Of a stretch of DNA of 64,000 nucleotides, positions 18,901 to 29,965 are shown in pieces. The stretch is from positions 62,001-126,000 of the forward strand of contig JAHDYR010000004.1 of the NCBI GenBank assembly GCA_019828565.1. The letters are read 5' to 3'. How positions within the stretch are numbered: position 1 is the first letter of the stretch; every line of letters begins with the position of its first letter. The position numbers were made by a program, and so were the translations under genes. A model generated the notes under the pieces. The model made no database searches and was not told the DNA's origin. It saw nothing but the letters and a program-made list of their open reading frames with translations. The DNA is from Carpediemonas membranifera BICM (lineage: Eukaryota; Protista; Fornicata).

Positions 18901-21200
18901 GAAAGCAAATCCTGCACATGGCCGTGGATCTCATCGACCCTGGCCTGGCTGAGGTCGAGGCCCTTGATCTGGGCGTGGATGAGGGTCGTGAGGGCAGTCA
19001 CCGCGCTGTGGGGGAGTCGGAGCAGCTGGACAATAGTGGGGAGGCCGTCGCTGTGGGAGACGGCGGCCTCAGCGGCAACACGGCTGACTGCTCTTACGAA
19101 GCAGCTGGCCTGGACGGAGGTGAGTGTCGCCAGAGGGGTCTGCTTGGCTACGTTGAGCATATCCTCAAGCGTTGCCCCCGCCTCCTTTGCGATCGTGGCG
19201 TACCTCAGCACGTGTGTCTCTTCAGCGTCAGGTCGGGCCCCGCCCAGCGCGTAAAGGACGGTAAACTGCGCCTTGAGGAGGTCACCTGGGGTAGCCCTCT
19301 CATGTGTGGCGGCCACAGGTGCGAGTATGGCCGCGTGGTCGAGGGCCGTTTGGTACTCGGCCTCGGTGGGGGTGCGGCCGACGAAGAGAGTGTCGAAGAT
19401 CTGGGCGAGCCAAGCTGGGATGTACTCAAGAGAATCCAGGGACGTTGCTATTGGGGTCAGCATGCGGCATAGCTTAGATGTGGTCAGCGGGTGGTACCTG
19501 AACACCGTTTGCAGCAGATTAGAGCTCACCACGGGATACTGGCACCGCGCCGTGGAGATGTAGTGCAGGAGAAGGACGGGGGTGAGGTCGGCCGTGTAGT
19601 CCGTGAGCGGGCCGTACGCCAGGACCTTGGGGACGCTGAAGAACTCGCAGACGATGCCGTGCATGAGGGTTGAGTAGAGCGTGCTCCTTGGAAAGCGGGG
19701 GACGTCGAGTGTCGCGTCCAGTAGCTTCCTGACCATCCTCTGGTCGAGCGAGTGCCGGGCGGACCCGAGCTTGTAAAGACAGTAGCTCACAACCAAGGCC
19801 CCGCACCCGTCAGTACCGTCTAGTAAATCCATCGTTTGCAGGGTGAGCGGCAGGGTGTGCGGGGCGATGTCCCGGGGCAGGTCAGAGTCAAGCATGGCTG
19901 CGGCGAGGACCACAGTCTCCGCCATGCCCCACTTGCTGCCGCTGAGCTTCAGGGGTGCGAGTACTGCCGCAGTTAGAGTGGGTCGGGTGGAGGGCGTGGC
20001 GATGGCGTATGAAAGAACACTGAGGATGGCAGTCAGGTCGTTTGAATTAATCACCCGCTCGAACCAGTACCGCTTGAGCTCGTTGCACTCCTCCTGGATG
20101 CTCGGGGTCAACCCGTGACCCAGACACGGGAGGAACCCCGCATAGATAAGGATTGGCGGGGGGTCAGCCATGTTCTGAGCCAACGTGAGCAGATGGCGCT
20201 GCACCTTGGCGGTCGTGTCAGTCGCGAAGGAGGAGGCGGAGGCAATAGTGTATAGGCAGAGTGTGTTCAGGAGCATGCTGCCGTCCGTGGTCCCGGGTGC
20301 ACGGGCAGCCTCGAGGTTGAGCAAGGGTTCGATGAAAGTGTGGAGCTTGGCTGCAGAGTCGACCCGGCTTGAGGCGACGACGTCAGCGAGCATGACGAGG
20401 AGGCCCGAGAGGGAAGACGTCAGGCCCTGGGTCATATCAGTGGACAGCGTGACCCCAGAGGGCACATGGCGCACCACAGCTTGTCTGGCGAGCAGGGAAG
20501 CTACAGAGGAGAGCAGCGAGTCCGGCACAGACCCGCGCAGAGTCGGGGCGACAGAGAGAGCAGGGTCGACCCGTTCATGGAGCAGTAGCAGGCAGTAGCC
20601 GGCCAGAGGACGGTGGTCTGGCCCTACACCGAGGTGCTGGACCTCTATGATGGAAGTTACTGACAGGGCGAAGTCCAAGGAGAGCGGGGCGAGGGCGGCC
20701 CTGAAGGTCTCGAGGACGTCAGCGGGGAGCTCGGTCGAGGGAAGGTCAAAGGAGCTGATGGGCAGGTGGATGAGGGGCGGGATGCTGTGGATGCCGAGGG
20801 GCGCGGGGGGCATGTCGTTGAGACAGGCGCCGAGGAAGGTCAGAGCTTGCGTCACAGTCGTCTGGAAGGGATAAGTCTCCTTGGGGAGTGTCAGCACGTC
20901 TAGCAGAGCCCTTGCTGTGGATATGGGATGGTCTGCTACCGTCTTGAGGGCGTTGATGAGGAAGGACTCAATCGTTGTGTCGATGCTCAGAGAGCCGTCC
21001 AAGGGCTCGTCGTCGACCTTGTTCCGCTCAGGGCTGTTCTCTGAGATTGAATGTAAAGATGCCATGAGATTTGCTGAAGGGGATGAGGTGCTTGGCTTGG
21101 TTCGCGGTGATGGAGGCACAACTCGTCGCGGAGAAGAGCCAGGCGGCCGATCCCGCGGCCTGCGTGTGCCAAACACGCTTTTGAGCTTGAATAACGCCAT
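15978..21200 (-). CDS. HECT-domain E3 ubiquitin ligase with long helical N-terminus (1740 aa)
   Basis: C-terminal HECT features: VEFKAERAIDVLG, NKASYIDL, LLHFMTG, catalytic PSASTCFNLL, terminal EFGLS*. Confidence 0.92.
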   Translation of the reverse strand: MALFKLKSVFGTRRPRDRPPGSSPRRVVPPSPRTKPSTSSPSANLMASLHSISENSPERNKVDDEPLDGSLSIDTTIESFLINALKTVADHPISTARALLDVLTLPKETYPFQTTVTQALTFLGACLNDMPPAPLGIHSIPPLIHLPISSFDLPSTELPADVLETFRAALAPLSLDFALSVTSIIEVQHLGVGPDHRPLAGYCLLLLHERVDPALSVAPTLRGSVPDSLLSSVASLLARQAVVRHVPSGVTLSTDMTQGLTSSLSGLLVMLADVVASSRVDSAAKLHTFIEPLLNLEAARAPGTTDGSMLLNTLCLYTIASASSFATDTTAKVQRHLLTLAQNMADPPPILIYAGFLPCLGHGLTPSIQEECNELKRYWFERVINSNDLTAILSVLSYAIATPSTRPTLTAAVLAPLKLSGSKWGMAETVVLAAAMLDSDLPRDIAPHTLPLTLQTMDLLDGTDGCGALVVSYCLYKLGSARHSLDQRMVRKLLDATLDVPRFPRSTLYSTLMHGIVCEFFSVPKVLAYGPLTDYTADLTPVLLLHYISTARCQYPVVSSNLLQTVFRYHPLTTSKLCRMLTPIATSLDSLEYIPAWLAQIFDTLFVGRTPTEAEYQTALDHAAILAPVAATHERATPGDLLKAQFTVLYALGGARPDAEETHVLRYATIAKEAGATLEDMLNVAKQTPLATLTSVQASCFVRAVSRVAAEAAVSHSDGLPTIVQLLRLPHSAVTALTTLIHAQIKGLDLSQARVDEIHGHVQDLLSFEDMLPDKTIAVLLDQLAPFPALRRDAILSTLSHRPMLVKTLLPVLKELRDPTILRSTPELKSAVAAAAVSELADSTPDSDIGQLVTLALEDNQRLPDALVVRLLTRLADLPVAVRSDAITLLLRAPIYLRDSDVDPAALTQVLCTTPGGLAVLGSLYHQSPMAVDSGVLARHLTTSIDEVGRLCRSIQDVTAATTLLAALITESPLSPALAPVIWTSLRLLAGIYRVPNVTNPVSIHKKVGIIPVTAALDLLASMAPMARQMPMQPALPLYGAHRVPLYIIVASRDDSAIAEDTMADIIAVACWIMGVPAPYLEQTIEQAVPARVIRSVPLSPIFSPNRRRSLRPTSSKETITTAFHSPLRPMIQSTNTVLRQLECALLAHLPPCSLSAAPAAMVSLGLDISLSVEDIHSMLVQVSVSDLLAVENARAEGVTTFATRKHDSHSKKLATHFAAQRSASGLSPIQYWARLVDWFRTAFVLADVCAAPASPRFDQMVKVVSELMRVATIHLYLSKPLIAATEAQEIIKACLTKLHTLLTEPSEQAAELAMAYGVDPMASASRSTPAALSSATAVHLATCLNRLYEVNTTTHLVQADVFYMTGLTRETALILHETMPHIVPFSIKERLVRAQVKFIHGPVVKMEVVRRNIVQTTREAFEAVSAVELQHDWRVEFKAERAIDVLGCRKELVTLLTKALFDDRTLFDSTPNGHCLVPNADLGMCRFAGQFFAKACRHSLVPSGRLAPIVLKMILGNAIGYQDLRDLDPDLYRNQIQFIRDNSVDMIPGLTFTDADGTDLVPGGSSIPVTDDNKASYIDLIVSRRLKLVSTPLDAFVRGFDSVCPIVNLGSLNSTELDLFLFGQRACSAMEVIDNIAVKNATRADRGVIMFFNVLASWPDSDVSALLHFMTGQRHPPAGGVAAFQPPLTVQVVEGPSRIPSASTCFNLLKITRFERKDVMEERLKMALAEGINAEFGLS

Positions 21201-21553
21201 CTAATACCGATATAAGGCGGTCTATCCGACGTTTAGCTCAGGCTGTTGATCGAAACTCGCGATCGGAGTCACTCAGAATTCACACGAGACTGAGTGATGA
21301 GGTGCTTAGATAGGCATTCCACGCTGTGAATCGGGTGAATCCGGGTCTGATTGTGTTTAAAAACGGTGTGTTTAAAAACGGTTTCCCGGTATTGACACAT
21401 TTATGAACCCGTCAACCCGGTTGACTCATATTGTCTGGAAAAAACGCTCGAAGTGACGACTGTATGCCCTAATACTGTCATGTGTCTCGAACCCAGCCAC
21501 CATTCAGCCGCTCAATCAGAACCACTCATTTTTTCCGAACAGACCGCGGCAAA

Positions 21554-23125
21554 ATGCGGCAACTAAACATCCCTGGAGCAACGACACAACAAACCACAGC
21601 AGTTTTAGTATCACCACGGCTTTCGAGAGACTCCTCGCAGGTATCCATGAAGACTAACGGCATGACGCTCAAGGAAGAGCAAGCTGCCATTGCAGAAATG
21701 GAACGGCTCACACTAGAGGCCAAAGCAGCATCCCGAGAGATCCGCAAGCTCGAAAAGGAGTTCACAAGCATCGTTAACACGCTCAGCCCCATGCGCAAGA
21801 TCCGCCTGGCCACCCGATCCCGCCTCAGAGCCGACAACGACGCCATGTCGTCCCTCAACCCGACCCCGCAGCGCTCCCCGCGGTCCATAGGGAAGTCCTC
21901 CTCGTCTCCGACGATCACGCCCCGAGCAGCCCTCACTCTTCCACCCATTGATGAGCTCTCCGCGCAGTTTAGCAAGAGTCGGAGCAGAATACCGTCCAGT
22001 CCAGGGTCAAGACAGCATGCCAGGCGCCGCTCAGACATCCCTACGCTGCCACTGTTCAGGCTGGGGGGCGTCGGCGAGATTGATGAGAAGACGACGACCT
22101 CGATTAGTAACTTGATGGCCACACCGAGAACGGGGCAGCACAGGGATGAAACTCTCTCAGAATGCGCAGATGAGATCAGGAATGCAGCCGGGGATCGTGC
22201 CAGGTTCATGAGGTCACATCGCGTCGAGGTGAAGCACGTGCGCACGATGAAGCGGACTATAGTTCTCAAACACGCGTTATCAGTGGAGCTGAAGGCAGTG
22301 GTATCGCCCACACCGTATGTGGTCACATGCGGGTCGGGCAGCAATTTCCTGGTGGACGCAGCAAGCTCGATCGAGGCGTTCAGGTCAGCGAAGGTGCTAG
22401 AGATCACTACGGCGCAGATTACGGCCACGCAGCGGACAAAGGAGCGCATGGAAGCCTTGGAGAGCGCGCACTGCTCCGCCTACCCCCACGTGAAGGGCCG
22501 CAGACGCACCGGAATTGTCGGGTACACCAACACGCTCGCCCGGCAGGTCCGCAAGCTCGAGGCCGAGAAGGAGGCAGCGCTGCGTGAGTCCATGGACGCA
22601 GCGAAGGCCCACCGCCAGGCCATCGGGTCGCTTTCATACATTGGTGGGCAACGAGACGACCCGCCCAACCTCACTGTGAAACCTCTGCAGGGTCGGGACT
22701 TCCAGGTCACCTCGCTCTCCCCCAGTGGCCCCAGACTGGACACGAGGGAGAGTCTCCGGCGTATGGCCACCAGCAAGGGCGACCTGACTCTCGACTCGAC
22801 TGTGAGAATGATCCAGCGGCATTGGAGGGCCTGGGTCGAACGGAAGAGGCGGGCAAGGTACGCTATAGCCGGGGGGATGCTCGTGGGCATATGGAGGGAC
22901 AGGCGGGGCGTCGGGGGCGGCAAGAACAGGACGCTCGAGACGCTTTTTACATTTATTCCATCGCATTTATTTTTATTATGGGCGAGAGGCTGCCCGACTC
23001 ACTATGGAAGTACGCCAGTCCAATACAGCAGCGCCGCTTCATGCTCCAGCTGGAGTCGAGGGGCTTCATCCCTTCGCAGGTTAAGGAAGCCACTGAGCGC
23101 GAGAGGGAGCTCGACAAGAGGCTGA
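21554..23125 (+). CDS. Coiled-coil protein with one IQ-like motif (3' end uncertain)
   Basis: Long ORF with coiled-coil segments and VRMIQRHWRAW; divergent from the HECT gene. Confidence 0.55.
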   Translation: MRQLNIPGATTQQTTAVLVSPRLSRDSSQVSMKTNGMTLKEEQAAIAEMERLTLEAKAASREIRKLEKEFTSIVNTLSPMRKIRLATRSRLRADNDAMSSLNPTPQRSPRSIGKSSSSPTITPRAALTLPPIDELSAQFSKSRSRIPSSPGSRQHARRRSDIPTLPLFRLGGVGEIDEKTTTSISNLMATPRTGQHRDETLSECADEIRNAAGDRARFMRSHRVEVKHVRTMKRTIVLKHALSVELKAVVSPTPYVVTCGSGSNFLVDAASSIEAFRSAKVLEITTAQITATQRTKERMEALESAHCSAYPHVKGRRRTGIVGYTNTLARQVRKLEAEKEAALRESMDAAKAHRQAIGSLSYIGGQRDDPPNLTVKPLQGRDFQVTSLSPSGPRLDTRESLRRMATSKGDLTLDSTVRMIQRHWRAWVERKRRARYAIAGGMLVGIWRDRRGVGGGKNRTLETLFTFIPSHLFLLWARGCPTHYGSTPVQYSSAASCSSWSRGASSLRRLRKPLSARGSSTRG

Positions 23126-24426
23126 AGGAGTACGAGAACAAGGACGCGTTGCTCAGGCGGTCCATTCTCGAGCGTGCGGCGAGCACCACTGCCGCGGAGG
23201 AGACCCCCGACGAGAAGCTCTCCTCTGGGTTCAAGCGGTACCTTGGACACACCCCCGGCGGGAAGAGCCGAGACCTCCTCTACGAGGCGTCAGGCCTTGT
23301 GTTCGGCGGGAAGCGCTCGAACGCCCTTTCCAAGGCGATGACTGCCGGCTCCGTCATGGGCGTGGCGACCGTGCTCGGGCAGCGGGGCGGGTACGAGCAG
23401 AGCTTCATGAACACGCCCACAGCCACGCAGATGAGCTTCACTAGACGGTAAATCCTTTGGCCGCTGCCTCGCCTCTACATGGCCTGATCGACGGCACGAT
23501 AGTCTCCCGGGACGTCCACAGCATGCGGCTGTCCTCGCGTGCTTCCATCTCCCACATGCCATCCATCGGGGTGAGCACCGGCCCCTCCGCCATCAGACAG
23601 CTCCATGGCGACACCGCCGACCCCAGCCTGGTTGTTACTAACAGGGCCGGGTACTTTAGCCTCTACGACCCTCGCGCCGATACCTGGGGTGAGGCTGTGA
23701 GGGCACACCGACATGCTCTCAACACTCTCGATGTCTCGCCGCATGGGGAGATACTCAGCTCGGTCGGGACTCGACCGTCAAGCTGTGGGACGCGAGACAT
23801 CTTACTCGGCCCCCTGACGGTCTTCTCGAACCATAGGTGTCAGCGATCAATGCTGGCTGCCTCGTTCTCGGCCCAAGGCCACATCATCGCCGGCGACGAG
23901 CGCGGTGGGGCAGTTGTGTACCACAACAACGGCTCGTTCAACAGCCACCCCCACAGAGACCACATCCTGCCCGACGCAGAGCAGGGCGCCCACGTGCTCA
24001 CGGCTGTAGGGACGAAGCTCGTGGCTGTGACGGGAGACAGATCGAGGCAACTCGTCGTGTGCGACCTGGGGCCGAGGAAGGAGGCTCATCATTTGATTGG
24101 CGGCATCACCCCGCAGTGGGCGGCGAGTCACGCCATCTCGACGATGGCTGCCACCAGAGACACCTGGACAAACACGAACTTTTTGGGACGTCACGATGTC
24201 GGACTGCTCAAAGTCGCAAACACCATCCAAATTCAGCGAGATGAATCAGCGACGATGCAGAAAGTTCGTTCCACGCCTCCCACTTACGCAGCTGGTACGT
24301 TCCCTATCCCGTTGGTGCAGAGATGCAGCCCGCGGCGAGTTCAAGAGCGTTTACGCAGTAGATCTGAGCAATGGTGCGTCCTCCCCGAGAATATCACGCA
24401 GCAGCGAGTGCAGAGCAGTAGATGAC
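22978..24426 (+). CDS. Frameshifted ORF with degenerate WD40-like repeats, possibly the N-terminus of the downstream WD40 array gene
   Basis: ATG 22978 after a T-rich leader; motifs FSLYDPR and AHRHALNTLDVS. Copies at ~58530 and ~50310 read through the two breaks in frame (SFTQTWVNPLAAAS; TNTNFWDVTMS...QRRCRK). Confidence 0.5.
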
Positions 24427-27400
24427 ATGATCAGAGACGCCACGACGCGCATCTTCGCCCCCAGAGGACAAGCTCCACCTCAAGCCCATCGGATCCACGC
24501 CCCTCACTGCTACAGACCTCACCCGCGTCCTCGACCACCTCTCGACATTGGACGGGCTGCCCAGAGAGTTCAGCATGAGGCTGACTGAGCCCGACCTCAC
24601 TGTCACGATGAGGTATGGCAAGCTGGCCGCCGACAAGCCCGACAGCGCCGTCGACGATCTGCTCGCTGCCTGGCATGCGAGGATGGCTGAGTGCATCCAG
24701 ACGATGAAGGGTCACACCGATGACGTGTTCAGCGTCGCCTTCCTCCCCTGACGGCACCATGGTCACCGGGTCATCAGATGGGACGACCAAGCTGTGGGAC
24801 AAGCGCGGCGTGTGCAAGATGACGATGGAGCATGGCGGGGCTGTTCGGTGCATCGCCGTCTCCCCGGACGGGTCGACCATCGCCTCGGGCGGGACTGACC
24901 GCAAGATCAAGCTGTGGAGGCGCGGCAGACTCGTCAAGACGCTCGAGGGACACACCGATATTGTGAACAGCCTCGCCTTCTCCCGAGACGGCAAGACGCT
25001 GGTGTCCGGATCCGATGACAAGACAGTCAGGTCGTGGGACGTCGCCACCGGCGTGTGCAGGACGATGGAAGGGCACTCAGATTGGGTTCTCTCCGTCGCC
25101 ATCTCCCCCCGACGGCAAAGACCATCGTCTCTGGATCAAAGGACAAGACAATCAAGGTGTGGATCGCTGAGTCGGGCAGACTCGAGCAGACTCTGGAGGG
25201 CCACACGAATTCTGTCGCCGCCGTCGCCATCTCCCCGGACGGCGCTCTGCTGGCCTCTGGGTCTGGCGACAAGACCATCAGACTCTGGGACACCAGGACC
25301 TGGGAGTGCGTCGCCGTCCTCAGGGGGCACGCGAGCTTTGTCTTCAGCGTCGCCTTCTCGCCCGACGGCAGGACCCTCGCCTCTGGGTCTTGGGACAACA
25401 CCACCAAGCTCTGGAGCATCGACAGCGGCGAGTGCTTCGAGACGCTCTGGGGTCATGACAGAGATGTGAACAGCGTCGCCTTCTCCCCAGACGGGTCGAC
25501 CCTGCTCTCTGGATCTGACGACAAAACCGCCAAGCAGTGGTCCCTTGGTCGCTCTCCCGAGCTCACCGCCCTCGACCAGACCCTCGCCCAGCCTGTCCCG
25601 GCCGCGGCCATCGTCCGCCTCGAGGGCACCGTCGCCGACCTCACCCGCGTCCTCGACCACCTCTCGACACGGCCCAGAGAGTTCAGCATGAGGCTGACTG
25701 AGCCCGACCTCACTGTCACGATGAGGTATGGCAAGCTGGCCGCCGACAAGCCCGACAGCGCCGTCGACGATCTGCTCGCTGCCTGGCATGCGAGGATGGC
25801 TGAGTGCATCCAGACGATGAAGGGTCACACCGCTGAGGTGCTCAGCGTCGCCTTCCTCCCTGACGGCACCATGGTCACTGGGTCATGGGATGGGACGACC
25901 AAGCTGTGGGACAAGCGCGGCGTGTGCACGACGATGGAGCATGGCGGGAAGGTTCGGTGCATCGCCGTCTCCCCGGACGGGTCGACCATCGCCTCGGGCG
26001 GTGATGACCACAAGATCAAGCTGTGGGACCAGACCGGCAGACTCGTCAAGACGCTCGAGGGGCACACCAATAATGTGTGGAGCCTCGCCTTCTCCCGAGA
26101 CGGCAAGACGCTGGTGTCCGGATCCTGGGACAAGACAGTCAGGTCGTGGGACGTCGCCACCGGCGCGTGCAGGACGATGGAAGGGCACTCAGATTTGGTG
26201 CTCTCCGTCGCCATCTCCCCCGACGGCAAGACCATCGTCTCTGGATCAAGGGATAAGACGATCAAGGTGTGGATCGCTGAGTCGGGCAGACTCTGGAGGG
26301 CCACACGAATTCTGTCTTCTCCGTCGCCATCTCTCCGGACGGCGCTCTGCTGGCCTCTGGGTCTGGCGACAAGACCATCAGACTCTGGGACACCAGGACC
26401 TGGGAGTGCGTCGCCGTCCTCAGGGGGCACACGCACTATGTCAACAGCGTCGCCTTCTCGCCCGACGGCAGGACCCTCGCCTCTGGGTCTGATGACAACA
26501 CCATCAAGCTCTGGAGCATCGACAGCGGCGAGTGCTTCGAGACGCTCAGGGATCATGCCGATAAGGTGTGGAGCGTCGCCTTCTCCCCGGACGGGTCGAC
26601 CCTGCTCTCTGGATCTGACGACAAAACCGCCAAGCAGTGGTCACTTGGTCGCTCTCCCGAGCTCACCGCCCTCGCCCAGACCCTCGCCCAGCCTGTCCCG
26701 GCCGCGGCCATCGTCCGCCTCGAGGGCACCGTCGCCGACCTCACCCGCGTCCTCGACCACCTCTCGACGCGGCCCCGAGAGTTCAGCATGAGGCTGACTG
26801 AGCCCGACCTCACTGTCACGATGAGGTATGGCAAGCTGGCCGCCGACAAGCCCGACAGCGCCGTCGACGATCTGCTCGCTGCCTGGCATGCGAGGATGGC
26901 TGAGTGCATCCAGACGATGAAGGGTCACACCGCTGAGGTGCTCAGCGTCGCCTTCCTCCCTGACGGCACCATGGTCACTGGGTCATGGGATGGGACGACC
27001 AAGCTGTGGGACAAGCGCGGCGCCTGCAAGATGACGATGGAGCATGGTGGGAAGGTTCGGTGCATCGCCGTCTCCCCGGACGGGTCGACCATCGCCTCGG
27101 GCGGTGATGACCACAAGATCAAGCTGTGGGACCAGTCCGGCAGACTCGTCAAGACGCTCGAGGGACACACAAATAATGTGTGGAGCCTCGCCTTCTCCCC
27201 AGACGGCAAGACGCTGGTGTCCGGATCCGATGACAAGACAGTCAGGTCGTGGGACGTCGCCACCGGCGTGTGCAGGACGATGGAAGGGCACTCAGATTTG
27301 GTGCTCTCCGTCGCCATCTCCCCTGACGGCAAGACCATCGTCTCTGGATCAAAGGACAAGACAATCAAGGTGTGGGTCGCTGAGTCGGGCAGACTCGAGC

Positions 27401-29965
27401 AGACTCTGGAGGGCCACACGAATTCTGTCTTCTCCGTCGCCATCTCCCCGGACGGCGCTCTGCTGGCCTCTGGGTCGTGGGACAGCACCATCAGACTCTG
27501 GGACACCAGGACCTGGGAGTGCGTCGCCGTCCTCAGGGGGCACACGCACTTTGTCTTCAGCGTCGCCTTCTCGCCCGACGGCAGGACCCTCGCCTCTGGG
27601 TCTGGTGACAACACCAAGCTCTGGAGCATCGCTAGCGGCGAGTGCTTCGCTACGCTCAGGGGTCATGCCGATAAGGTGTGGAGCGTCGCCTTCTCCCCAG
27701 ACGGGTCGACCCTGCTCTCTGGATCTGACGACAAAACCGCCAAGCAGTGGTCCCTTGGTCGCTCTCCCGAGCTCACCGCCCTCGACCAGACCCTCGCCGA
27801 GCCTGTCCCGGCCGCGGCCATCGTCCGCCTCGAGGGCACCGTCGCCGACCTCACCCGCGTCCTCGACCACCTCTCGGCGCGGCCCAGAGAGTTCAGCATG
27901 AGGCTGACTGAGCCCGACCTCACTGTCACGATGAGGTATGGCAAGCTGGCCGCCGACAAGCCCGACAGCGCCATCGACGATCTGCTCGCTGCCTGGAATG
28001 CGAGGATGGCTGAGTGCATCCACACGATGAAGGGTCACACCAACTGGGTGTTCAGCGTCGCCTTCCTCCCCTGACGGCGCCATGGTCACTGGGTCATGGG
28101 ATGGGACGACCAAGCTGTGGGACAAGCGCGGCGTGTGCAAGACGACGATGGAGCATGGCGGGTCTGTTCGGTGCATCGCCGTCTCCCCGGACGGGTCGAC
28201 CATCGCCTCGGGCGGTGATGACCACAAGATCAAGCTGTGGGACCAGACCGGCAGACTCGTCAAGACGCTCGAGGGGCACACCAATGATGTGAGAAGCGTC
28301 GCTTTCTCCCGAGACGGCAAGACGCTGGTGTCCGGATCCGATGACAAGACAGTCAGGACGTGGGACGTCGCCACCGGCGAGTGCAGGACGATGGAAGGGC
28401 ACTCCCATTTGGTGCTCTCCGTCGCCATCTCCCCTGACGGCAAGACCATCGTCTCTGGATCAAAGGACAAGACAATCAAGGTGTGGGTCGCTGAGTCGGG
28501 CAGACTCGAGCAGACTCTGGAGGGCCACACGAATTCTGTCTTCTCCGTCGCCATCTCCCCGGACGGCGCTCTGCTGGCCTCTGGGTCTGGCGACAACACC
28601 ATCAGACTCTGGGACACCAGGACCTGGGAGTGCGTCGCCGTCCTCAGGGGGCACGCGAGTTCTAGCAGTGTCGCCTTCTCGCCCGACGGCAGGACCCTCG
28701 CCTCTGGGTCTGGTGACAACACCAAGCTCTGGAGCATCGCTAGCGGCGAGTGCTTCGAGACGCTCAGGGGCCATGACGATTGGGTCCGCTGCGTCGCCTT
28801 CTCCCCGGACGGGTCGACCCTGCTCTCTGGATCTGACGACAAAACCGCCAAGTAGTGGTCCCTTGGTCGCTCTCCCGAGCTCACCGCCCTCGACCAGACC
28901 CTCGCCGAGCCTGTCCCGGCCGCGGCCATCGTCCGCCTCGAGGGCACCGTCGCCGACCTCACCCGCGTCCTCGACCACCTCTCGGCGCGGCCCCGAGAGT
29001 TCAGCATGAGGCTGACTGAGCCCGACCTCACTGTCACGATGAGGTATGGCAAGCTGGCCGCCGACAAGCCCGACAGCGCCGTCGACGCCATGCTCGCTGC
29101 CTGGCATGCGAGGATGGCTGAGTGCATCCACACGATGAAGGGTCACACCGATGACGTGACCAGCGTAGCCTTCCTCCCTGACGGCGCCATGGTCACTGGG
29201 TCATGGGATGGGACGACCAAGCTGTGGGACAAGCGCGGCGTGTGCACGACGATGGAGCATGGCGGGTCTGTTCGGTGCATCGCCGTCTCCCCGGACGGGT
29301 CGACCATCGCCTCGGGCGGTGATGACCGCAAGATCAAGCTGTGGAGGCGCGGCAGACTCGTCAAGACGCTCGAGGGGCACACCAGGGATGTGAGAAGCGT
29401 CGCCTTCTCCCCAGACGGCAAGACGCTGGTGTCCGGATCCGATGACAAGACAGTCAGGTCGTGGGACGTCGCCACCGGCGTGTGCAGGACGATGGAAGGG
29501 CACTCAGATTTGGTGCTCTCCGTCGCCATCTCCCCTGACGGCAAGACCATCGTCTCTGGATCAAAGGACAAGACAATCAAGGTGTGGGACGCTGAGTCGG
29601 GCAGACTCGAGCAGACTCTGGAGGGCCACACGAGTTATCTCGCCACAGTCGCCATCTCCCCGGACGGCGCTCTGCTGGCCTCTGGGTCGTGGGACAGCAC
29701 CATCAGACTCTGGGACACCAGGACCTGGGAGTGCGTCGCCGTCCTCAGGGGGCACACGCACTTTGTCTTCAGCGTCGCCTTCTCGCCCGACGGCAGGACC
29801 CTCGCCTCTGGGTCTGGTGACAACACCATCAAGTTCTGGAGCATCGACAGCGGCGAGTGCTTCAAAACGCTCAGAGGTCACACAGATTGGGCGAACAGTG
29901 TCGTCTTCTCTCCAGACGGGTCGACCCTGCTCTCTGGGTCAAAGGACAACACCGCCAAGCAGTGG
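24427..29965 (+). repeat. Tandem array of five ~1.1-kb WD40-propeller + linker cassettes
   Basis: MKGH starts at 24704, 25817, 26917, 28027 and 29135. Frame is broken by homopolymer indels, a 10-bp deletion near 26290 and a TAG at 28853-28855. Confidence 0.9.

Noticed and set aside
24427-29965. CRISPR-like or diversity-generating-retroelement explanation of repeats with variable segments
   Set aside because: The repeats are protein-coding WD40 units. Variation is not adenine-restricted, and the nearby RTs are ordinary Gypsy pol within LTRs.
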